Of a stretch of 64,000 nt of DNA, positions 11,801 to 21,235 are shown piece after piece (the stretch's first letter is position 1; each line of letters starts with the position of its first letter). A program made the translations under genes and the position numbers. Location: NCBI GenBank assembly GCA_013239625.1, contig MU053758.1:1-64000 (forward strand), read 5' to 3'. The notes below the pieces were generated by a model that saw only the letters and a program-made list of their open reading frames with translations, was not told the origin of the DNA and ran no database searches. This stretch comes from Lama guanicoe. Taxonomy: Eukaryota.

Positions 11801-14800
11801 CATTTGGAGTGATTTGTTCGGGTGGTGAGGAAGGTGCTTCCTGTTCAGTTCTGTGCATTGCCCGGGAAAGGCACTGTTTCCCGCTCCGCATCTGTGCAGC
11901 TGTTTAAACAGTCCCCGGCACCCAGCTCTAACCCGGGATCCTGCTCCACCCTTGCAGCAACTGCCCGCCCGCAGCGAAGGGCTTGTGGGCTCCCTCTACT
12001 GGCGAGACGCCAGGCTGCAGCCACTTGGCTCCTGACCAGAGCCGTTCCTCAGGCTCTCCTGCTTAGTGTTCACCTGAACTCCTCGGCTGTGAGAAGAGGC
12101 TAAGTAAAACCTAAGGAGAAGCGTGGCATTTTGCTAGACTTTAACCACATGCTCCATTCCGGGGAAATGCGGGCTGACCACAAGAAACCGTATCTGAGAG
12201 GTGTGAGAAGAAAGTTAGATTTTTGTGGGGAATTTGCTGCCCTCAGCTGGCCCTTTTAGAAAGAAATTTTATTCCTTAATTACACATTTCATTCTCATTT
12301 CTCAGGATTGTATATTCTTCCCCCAAATTCGAACAAGGGTCCAGAAAGGGAGCAGGCAGAGAAGGAAAGCTGCAGTCTAAGAGTTAGGAGTGTTATAAAT
12401 TCTGGGAGACAGTGGACTGGGACTTACTCTGGGAGAAGTTTGGGCTCCTCATATGTTTTTAAAAAGCATATTGGGAGATTGGGAGGATGGGGGAAGAAAT
12501 GAAACAAGTAGAATTTGATAGCAAAACCAATGCTGTTCACTCCTTTCTTTCTTCCTTCTTAATAAAAAGCTAGATGAATAAATTACCCTAGACAAGGCAT
12601 TGGGGTGCTGAGATCTGCTCTCATTGTTTGCGTTGTCACTATAGATGGTCACTTCGGTGAGGTCTCCGTCACTCACTTTATTAGGGAAGGTGTATGCATA
12701 ACAGAATTTTAAAACTTCATCCTAAGCAATAGCTTTACCTGCCTTCCCTTTCTTTTAAACTCTTTACCAGAAGCACTCACACATAGGGAATAGCATGATT
12801 TGCAAGATCATGGTTTGGAAATCTCTCTCGTCCTCTTCCTGTTTTGTGGCGGAGGTGCTGTGAGAAAGAAGTGGACTGGTTAATCCATAAGCAGAGAGCA
12901 TCACGCTCTTGAATCCCTGAGAACCAGCTGCACCCCTCACTCTCAGGCTCAGTTTTCCATCTGACCTCTCTGGGGGCTTCAGACAGGCCATCACAGGACC
13001 TTGGAAGAGCGCTAGTCAGTGGTGGGGTCCTGGCACCCACAGGTCTCCTCCCTAGGGAGGTGGTCAGTTGGAGTAGATACCTTCTGGTGCCCATGGGCTG
13101 TTTCCTACCTGAGAGGGACAGAAAGATGTACAGGAGCCCGTGGGGCGGCCGAGGATTCCAGGCTGTGGACTCAGTTTGGACGCAGACGTGGAGGTGGAAG
13201 GGTGGTCTGGCCTCACGATGCCTCCAGCTGCTGGAGCCATTGCTGGCTGCCCCCTCCAGCGGCCATGGGGCCTTAGAGCAGCACTGTCTCAGCAGTCACA
13301 CCGCTTCGTCTCGCGCTCACTCTGTCCCCTTAGATGCATCTGACCTTCGGGAAGGAGTTCACAGAAGCCATAGAAGCCAAGCAGGTGGCTCAGCAGGAAG
13401 CAGAGAGGGCCAGGTTCATGGTGGAGAAGGTGAATGCGCGACCAGATGGCAGGAGCCCCCTCACTTTCTTCTGTGCTCAGCCTCCCCGTCTGCTGGGTGG
13501 CCTGGAAATTCATCATCTGTCATCTCTGCTTCCGGGATCATCGGAAGGGGACTGAAGGGACTGCTCTCCTGCAGTTGGTTTCAGAGTCTTTGGGGCCTCG
13601 TCGGGGATATGTGAAGTTATGTTCCTAAATCACTGAAGGGTGATTTTTTTTCCCCAGTTCCCTAAGATCAAAAACACTCGCCCACAAATAAAAATGTTTC
13701 TTCTGGAATATTTTCAGCTTCACTGGGAAGTCATTTTTAACTGCGGTGACACAGTGAAAGCTGACAGCAAAAAGGATCAAACGTTGCGCCAGATGCGCTA
13801 TCGTCACTGGGGTTTTTTAAAGCACTAAACCCATCCAGATGTGTCGGGGTGTGCTGGGACAACGTGTATCTGCACAGAGCCTGGTCTTCGGGTCTTTGCA
13901 AAGGTGCATTTATTTCTTGTAACCCCCTCTCCCCAGCACTAATTCTCTTGGAGTTGTATTCCTAATCCAAGGCACTTTAGTTCTTAGAATCAGGAAAAGG
14001 AAATATATGGCTGGGCATTTAACTTTAGAGACTATAAACTCAGTGTGAATGGAGACTTTTTTTTCCTCCTTTTTCCGCCTACCTCCAGCACCTCGAACAC
14101 GTCCAGAACTGCGCCTGGAGATCGGTACCAGGTGCTCGGTAAACATTGGTTGAGTGCGCCGTCCCAGAGCCTCATTGAACAGCTCTGTGTCCATTTCAGA
14201 GAGGCTTGCTCCTCTCCTCCCGCGCTTGTGAAGGTCGCGCATCGCAGATAGATACCCTCCTACTGACGAGGGAAGGGGAAGCCTGAGGGAGCTTGTTCTG
14301 GGTGCCTGAGTTCCTGGTCAGGAACCAGTTTAGCTCACAAGCAACCTGAGGGAGCGTCACGTGCCTGCTGCTCCTCCTCAGCTGTGCTGACTTCGATGCG
14401 TCACTTTGACTTGGGACTGGAGAGAAGGATGAGTCTGAGGACTGATTCTCCCTTCCTTTCTCTCCTGCTTTCCTTGGCCTGGGATCCTCCTGGCTCAGAG
14501 TAAGGTGGCTGGGCTGGGTTGCTGTTAATATTATTAAGGAGTTTGAAATAAGACAGCTATTCATACAGCCAACAGAAACGTGCCCCTACGGCGGTGAGCA
14601 GTGGACATTACATGAGAGAGGAGGATTACTAACCCCTTCTGGAGGGGGAGGTAAATGCCCAGAGGTCCTTCAGGACCCAGTGAGGCTGCCTAACCTGGTC
14701 CTCTGGAAGCTGTAGCCCACTGTCCAGCGCCCCGAGGTGTGATCTTGGTCCCTCTCTGCCTCCACTCCGTAGGCTGAGCAGCAGAAGAAGGCAGCCATCA

Positions 14801-14985
14801 TCTCTGCGGAGGGCGACTCCAAGGCCGCGGAGCTGATCGCCAACTCGCTCGCCACCGCAGGCGATGGCCTGATCGAGCTGCGCAAGCTGGAGGCCGCAGA
14901 GGACATCGCATACCAGCTGTCCCGCTCTCGGAACATCACCTACCTGCCCGCCGGGCAGTCGGTGCTCCTCCAGCTGCCCCAGTGA
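5727..14985 (+). CDS. PHB1: Prohibitin 1, multi-exon CDS join(5727..5814,7167..7324,10747..10889,11018..11134,13334..13429,14773..14985); frameshifted in exon 3 as assembled
   Basis: Exon translations reproduce prohibitin from [21 protein letters not shown] to [18 protein letters not shown]. All introns are GT-AG. Exon sizes are 88/158/143/117/96/213 nt versus 88/162/143/117/96/213 expected for the 272-aa protein. Confidence 0.97.
7167..7324 (+). CDS. PHB1: PHB1 exon 3, 4 nt short (frameshift near 7199-7202)
   Basis: Acceptor cctAG and donor AAAG|gtaagg. Reads [11 protein letters not shown], then after a frame change [40 protein letters not shown]. Length is 158 nt rather than 162. Confidence 0.93.
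7465..8368. mobile_element. Internally deleted Tigger1-type DNA transposon with a nested L1
   Basis: Terminal inverted repeats CAGGCATGCCT and AGGTGTGCCTG; Tigger1-like gttccagaccaccgc and ccaaaatgtgacacagagacatgaa. Confidence 0.8.
7666..8087 (+). mobile_element. L1 3' fragment inserted in the Tigger element
   Basis: aatgaaataatgccatttgcagcaacatgg...aaatcaactatacttcaat; imperfect flanking duplication aaaaaatttatggc / aaaatactttgtggc. Confidence 0.85.
8276..9215 (+). repeat. Tandem duplication of a ~460-480 bp unit in PHB1 intron 3 (8276-8732 and 8733-9215)
   Basis: Both copies start ATGGCACCAATAAATTTGCTTGATGCAGGG and end GGGCAGTGAATGGAAC. Confidence 0.95.
9774..9890 (+). mobile_element. tRNA-derived camelid SINE (Vic-1-like)
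   Basis: GGAGGGTATAGCTCAGTGG A-box, GGTTCAATCC B-box, A-rich tail. Confidence 0.85.
10747..10889 (+). CDS. PHB1: PHB1 exon 4 (8 missense differences from the canonical protein)
   Basis: Encodes (D)[47 protein letters not shown]; 143 nt; acceptor cctaAG, donor GTG|gtgagt. Confidence 0.95.
11018..11134 (+). CDS. PHB1: PHB1 exon 5
   Basis: Encodes [39 protein letters not shown]; 117 nt; acceptor ttAG, donor TTG|gtaaga. Confidence 0.97.
13334..13429 (+). CDS. PHB1: PHB1 exon 6 (3 missense differences)
   Basis: Encodes [32 protein letters not shown]; 96 nt; acceptor cccttAG, donor AAG|gtgaat. Confidence 0.96.
14773..14985 (+). CDS. PHB1: PHB1 exon 7 coding part to TGA stop
   Basis: Encodes [70 protein letters not shown]; acceptor ccgtAG. 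Confidence 0.97.
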
Positions 14986-15107
14986 GGCCCGCCCGCCTGC
15001 TCCTCCTGGGGCAGCTGGACCACCGCCCGATGATCCTCCACACCACCTTCCTTCCGCCCCCGCCCCAGAAATCACTGTGAGACTCATGATTGGCTTCAAG
15101 TGAAGGA

Positions 15108-15113
15108 AATAAA
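15108..15113 (+). terminator. PHB1 proximal polyadenylation signal
   Basis: AATAAA about 120 nt after the stop codon, with T-rich sequence downstream. Confidence 0.75.
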
Positions 15114-15882
15114 AGTTAGATCACCTCAGATCTGTAATTACTGTATCTAAACTGAAGCTCTTTCATTCTTATTTCCATCCCCCTTTTTATCCCCCTCCCT
15201 ACCAAAAATTGCCAGGTGCCTCCACAGACCAGCCTGGCTCCCGTCTTCGGCCTGCTGGCGCGCAGCCTAGGTGCTGGCAGTTGGCAGAAGGAAGGCAATG
15301 CTGTGTGTGTGACGAGCTGGGAGCACAGCGGGCAGCCGTGTAGCCTCCAACCTGTGGTTTATTCACAGTTGGAGGAAGATGGCACACACAGCTGAGCTGC
15401 GAACACAGGCCTCAGTTTTCTCTCTGCACAGACCGAGCTGAAGGCAGGTGCTGGGGAGGCGCAGAGGGGAAGCGATCTGTCTCTTGCCATCAGGCTGATT
15501 CTCTAACTGTGGGGCCAGCGGAAGCAGGTGTGTACAGACAGCGAGGTTTGAAGAATCTGCCCTGTGAAGGTGGGTGGGCCTGATTTGCTGCCCCCCCCCG
15601 GGGTCCTAAGACTGGAATGGACTTGGCTAGTGAGAGAGCAGGCTGGACCGAGATGTGAGTCCTGGAGACTTCCTCTCCGCCTCCCACCTTGGTGTCTCAA
15701 ATACCCGGTGGAATTCCAGCTTGAAGGATTGCATCCTGCCGGGGCTGCACATGCCTGCCAAGGACATGCGCATCCTGCGTTCCTGGCCCCCTCGTTCAGA
15801 GACTGCCCTCCTAGAGGGCTCTGTGCCTGTGCCTTGAAGGAAACAACCACAAGAAGAAAAGAGTGGTGTGTAAACCGCTGTC

Positions 15883-15888
15883 AATAAA
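15883..15888 (+). terminator. PHB1 distal polyadenylation signal
   Basis: AATAAA about 900 nt after the stop, followed by GT-rich gggtttgttttgtgg at ~15919-15933. Confidence 0.8.
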
Positions 15889-18800
15889 TGACACCCAGAC
15901 CTTCCAGCTCAGTCTTCCGGGTTTGTTTTGTGGGAGTCATGGGATTAGACCAGGACAGTCTGGCACTTTGTGTGTGCACGTGTTTGTATCACCAGCTAAG
16001 ACAGAATCTCCAGCAAGGCAGAAAATGCTTTGCTTTCAGAAAACACTTCGCGCCGTGTTCTAGCCCCGTCCCCAGCCTGAAATGAATCTCAGTGGTGTCG
16101 GGTGAGGTTTGTCATGACATGGCACGTCTTAGGAGGTGAAGGTGGGTGGGGGTTCGTCAGCTTCCCCCTTGTGGCTTTTGGTGCCACTGCTCACTGGGAG
16201 TTGTGGGCCCACCCGCCAAGCAGACAGGAGTGAGCAATCCATACCAAATACACGTGTGCCGGAGCCCTCCGCGCGCTCTGGTTAGACGTCCACATCATTA
16301 GCCGGCTTCGGGTGCCCTTCCTGTCGTAGGCTTAAATTGCTTATTCTGCTTTGCTTTGATGAGGAAATGACCTGGCATTTGAAGGGAGGCCAGCTTTATG
16401 CATTTTGAATGGTGGGAGGACCTACAATTGAGCAATGATCCATGCAAATCACCCACCCCAAATCCTTTTAGGAACGAAACAGAACGTGCAGTGAGCTCTC
16501 ACGTTGACTGCTTTAACCTCTGCTCTCAGGTGAATCCCTGGCTCACCACCTGGCCCACCACCTGGCCAAGGAGAGTGGTCTCTTAAGAGAACTTCGCGGG
16601 CTGGTCTCTGACCTGGATTCTGCATTTCCTTCCCCAGAGTGATAGGGCCAGCTGTCAGCTGGGAAAGGTGGGGACGCATGCGCACATTTGGGGTGGGCTG
16701 GGGGCTGAGTTCTCCCGGTGCTGCGCCCTGCTCTCCTCCCAGGGCCTCTCTGCAGGGATCTAGTCCCTTCCCACCCTGGTGAGCACTCAGACCAGGGTGT
16801 AATGGGCGCCTGACCCTCGGCTGGACCTCTCACCGAAACCTCATTCTCTGTGGTGCTTGGCAGGCCTCCCAGCTAGCCCCCGTCCCCGCCGCCTCCCTGG
16901 CGTCGGTCATCCCAAGGTATCTCCTCCCGCTTGGGCTTCTTGCTGTAAGAGTAGTGAGGCCTGGTAATGGTGCGGTGCCTGGACTCACAGAGCGTGTGAC
17001 GGCTGCAGCAGAAAGAGCCTGATTCCTAAACAGCTTCCAGACCAGCTTCCCCTCGGCCTCCCTCCTTCCCTGCTGCTTACTGCTTTGGACACCCTTGGGG
17101 GGGCGGGAGCAGGAGGCTCCTCTCTTCCCCAGGCCCTTTATAAAAACGCAGTTGTGTTTCATGCCTTTGGCAGGAGATTGGGTTTCCTACCCAGGTGTCT
17201 CTCTCCGGCTTCTGGGTTCCCTCTGCCTTCGGGTCAGCCCTTCAGCACAGGCAGGCAGGTTCCTGCTGGTTTCGCCTGTAGCCTCCCCACCACGACGGTG
17301 CCAGGGGCAGCCGGGGGGCCTCCTTCTGCCTTGACTTCCGCCAAGTAATTCTCTTCACAAATGTTCAAGGGCTGTTAACTGGCTAACTAGCCCGAGTCCC
17401 CTGATGGCCTCCGGGTTCCTCCAGAAGCTGCCACAATGGGCCTTTATCAGCTCGGGATTCTCTGGGCCCCGATCAAAAGCCCTGGCCTGGCCTGGCCAGG
17501 GAGGGGGCTGAGCGGGGAGTATCTTCGTCCTTCTGTCCTTTGGTCAGGCTGAATAGCTCCCTTGTTCAGGCTCCGAGGGTCACGGACTAGGAAGGCAGTG
17601 GGCCCTGGATGGGGAGGAGGAGAGAAAAACCCTCGAAGGGTTGCTATTTTCCTTAAACTGCTGCTAGTTTTACACAAGTTCTGCCACTGTGGACCGATGA
17701 GGGAGGAGCTGTGCTGTCATCCCCGGGCGGGTCGATTTGAAGGACAGAGAGAGACAATGGTAACTTCATACCTGGCTTAGCAAATGCTGTTCTAATTGCT
17801 GGTCCGGCCTCAGCAGGGGGACGTGCGGTTAGGACCTCCCCTCAATCTTTGCCATCCGCCAATCTTGTGGGCAAAGTAGCGCACCATGACAGAAAGTAAC
17901 CTGGGTGAGAAGGTCGCAGGAGGCTGCAACTGATTTCCCTGTCTTTCCTAGGCGTCCTGCCCATCCTGAACACCGCTCCAAACTTCATTTTTCTAAAGCA
18001 GATCTCATCCTCTTCCTGTTGAAAAACCTTCAGAGGCCACTCCTCCCTGGCTTAAAGAAGGGGAAATGTCTCGTCCCGGCATTCAAAGCCTTCCGCCTGC
18101 TACCTTTCTAGTCCACCCAACTCTACTTTGCCTTCACCAACCTACCTAGTGGCTCCTGTGGGGTGGGGAGTGTTTGAAAATGCAGGTGGAAAGGGGCAGC
18201 GGCTCCTGGCATTCGGTGCTGGGGAGGGGAGGTGGCAGGGATGCTATGAGACCTACTTTGTGTGGGACAGACTCTACAACAACAAACTGCCCCCAAAGTA
18301 ATGCCAGTAACATCCCCCCTTTGGAAATACGCTCCAAACCGAGTTCCTCGCTCTTGTCTGCATGTCCCCCATACTTTCACATCAGCCCCTGTGCGCACAG
18401 TTTCATCCCAGACAGACCTTCCCCCACATTTCCCAGGTCCTGATGTCCCCCATCCTTTGAGTGCTAGCTGAGACTCTTTGTCTAACACGAAACTTCCGCT
18501 GATGCCCGCCTCCCCCATCCATTACCTCTCCCTTGCCTGAAATCTTGATCCACGTTCCCAAGAGGCACTTAGCGCTCTCTTGGGTTGCAGTGTGTGTGTG
18601 TGTGTTCTCCCTCCTACCCTACACGTATGGAGGGCAGGATCTTGATGTGATTCAATGTTCTCCCTTCTTCCTTCCCCAACCACCCCCTAAGCTTTTCCCC
18701 GAGTCAAACCTGCCTGGCTCTTGGTGGGAGTTACTGAATGTCTGTCAGGTGAACAGATGAAGGAATAGAGACACAGGACTGAGGTTAGACGTGAGGGCTG

Positions 18801-19546
18801 GAAGTCCAGGCCCTTGAGTTCTCCCACGCCATTATGTTAAGTTGCCTCAAGCTATTGTGAATCAGGGTCCAGCCCAACCCATCGGCTAACGTCCCACCCT
18901 GAGCCACTCCCCAGTCTCATCACCCTCCCGCTTCCTGTGGCTGCCACGTGCAGACTCTCCCCTCGCTACCGCCTGCCCACAGCTCACCCTCTCCTCCTCC
19001 GTCTGGAACACCTCTCCTCCCTCATTCACTCAATCCCTGTCCCCCTCTGTCTCAAGCCCAGCTTAAAATCCCTCGTCTCCAGGAATTCGCCTGTGGCTCA
19101 CCTCTTCCCAACTTCCCTGGTGCATAAGGTCTCCCTTTATTAAAAAGGCGTTAGCTCTGGAACTCTGGCAACACAGGAGTTGAGAACTGAACAAAAAAGG
19201 GAGTGAAGAGGCCTGCCCCAGCTGGTAGAGGCTGGGATGCTTTGGCAAGGCCAGTTGCACATGGCTGGAAAAGAGAATGAATGGAAATGTTCTGGCCTGG
19301 GGAAACCAGTTTATAGTTGAAAGAGAATGCCTTTGCCCAGGACGCTGGGTGGAGAGGGAGGAGGGTATCTTTCCAGCAACCTCCACTCAAGCTACTTCAG
19401 AAGAGAAAGTGAAGCTGAAAGGGCAAGGCTACTTTGGAGGAGCTTAAAGCTGTTGTCATCCTGGGAAGATAGGACAGACCACCTGGATTAGCCAGAAAAG
19501 CCTTTCATCAATGCTCTAAGTTTGGCTGAACGAGCTGCAAGCACTT

Positions 19547-19850
19547 GGGTTGCAAACTGTGGCTTCGGACCACGTGCAGCTCGCTTCTGGGTTGTGCACA
19601 GCTCACGAGCCAACGGTGCTTTTCACACTTTTAAATGGCTGGGAAAAAATCAAAAGAATACTATTTTGTGACCCATGAAAACCATACAGAAGTCAACCTT
19701 CAGTGTCGGCGAGTCAAGTTCTGCTGGACAAGAGCTGTGAGCGTTTGCATGACACCAGCAGAGATAACAGCTGCAACCAAGATCACACGGCCTGCAAACC
19801 CTGGAGTATTTGCTCTCTGTCCCTTTATAGGAAACGCCTGCTGACCTCTG
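19547..19850. mobile_element. hAT-Charlie MITE (MER58B-like)
   Basis: gggttgcaaactgtggc start, aaaaatcaaaagaatactattttgtgac core, ccctttatag...tgctgacctctg end. Confidence 0.65.
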
Positions 19851-21009
19851 ACTTAAGGGGATTAGGTAGCCTCGGAGAAAGGAAGAACCCTGGGATTTGG
19901 AAGTCTCCAGCACCAAGGAGGGCTGAGGGCTTTAAGTCAGATACAGTGTAAATGTCACCCGAGTCCTTGGGTGTATCTGTGTCTGAGGCTGTAGTGAACT
20001 GAGAAACAAAATCACCCTGCGGCCGACACCGTCTGTTCTCTGTGGCTGCACGTGGTTCTGAACCAGGCAGAAGGTGGGAACCCGGGTAGCAGATGGATGG
20101 GAATCAGGAAGGAAGAACCCAGTGGCCCCCTAGAGGGCTGAGGATCTCCAGGTCTGGGGTAAAACCTCTTCTTTTCCACCCCACTGTCCTCCAGGAAGGG
20201 TTTGCTGCTGGACGGTCCTTCCCAAGCCAGGGGAGGCCGCCACCAAGGAAGGGAGCCCATTGCATCAAGGACTCCCAGAAACAGGAGCCTCTGGGACCTT
20301 AAGCCTCTGGGTAGAGGAGTCTCTTGGTTAAGAGCATGTCTGTCCCAAACAACCAGAGACCCCAAGGGAGCGCACAGATGCTCCTCCTTGTGGATTGTGC
20401 CAAACCTAATCTGCTCCAGGTGCTCAGCAGCAGGTGAGCCCGGCCGTCTCTGACGAGTGACCTCTCCTTTCCCTTGCTTGCCTCCGCCAGCCCCCTAGAG
20501 TGAAATGCCGTCTCCCCCTCCCATGTCCATAACCCCCCTGCCGCACTCACTTCCTCCTTTCCTGTCTAACTCCACCCGCACTGGACTCTCAGCAGCACAG
20601 GACTGAGCAGGAGGCTTTCAGATCCTCGGGACCCACCCCTTCATTTGGAGGAGGAAGGGGAGGAGACTTGTCCAACGTCCCAAAGGGTGCAGGCGGCAAG
20701 GCCAAGGGTGGAATCCAGGTGTCCCCACTGTCTAGTGCTGTTTCCACCCCGTCTCTCAGCTTCCGGAGGGCTGCCTGCCCTGGAAATCCTTTGCACTCAG
20801 AGGTGGGCGAGTGCGTGTGGGGTCTTCATTCCTCTCATGAGCGCACGTCCATCCCCAGCTAGACCATAGCAGGTGGGAGTCAGAGACAATGTCTGCTCCG
20901 TAAGGCCCTTCACGCCAGGGAACTGCAGCAATCTTTGCTGACTCTGTGAAACTCCGAGCTGGCCTGGACTTCCCAGACTTCTCCCTCCAGAAGGCAACTA
21001 AGTTTGTAG

Positions 21010-21235
21010 AAAGAGCATGGGTTCTAGAATTAGAACGTTTGTGTTTGGATTCTGACGCTGCCACTTACTAGCTTGGGAGACCTTGGGTAAATCACTTAAC
21101 AACTTCTAGCGTCCCTTTTTTCTTATCGAAACCAAGGGCGTGAATATCCACCTTGCAGTGTTAAGGAGTTGTGGAGATGAGAGATGTGAAGGCATTTGGC
21201 AGGGCTCAGCACACAGTGGGTGCTCAAAATACTCT
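21010..21235 (+). mobile_element. MIR SINE
   Basis: ctgccacttactagcttgggagaccttgggtaaatcacttaac MIR core. Similar MIR fragments at ~1500, 1950, 5150, 26150, 36560 and 48600. Confidence 0.65.

Noticed and set aside
5727..14985. Calling the locus a processed or ordinary unitary PHB1 pseudogene
   Set aside because: It has introns, an intact promoter, expected synteny and three perfectly conserved exons; the lesions are confined to specific exons.
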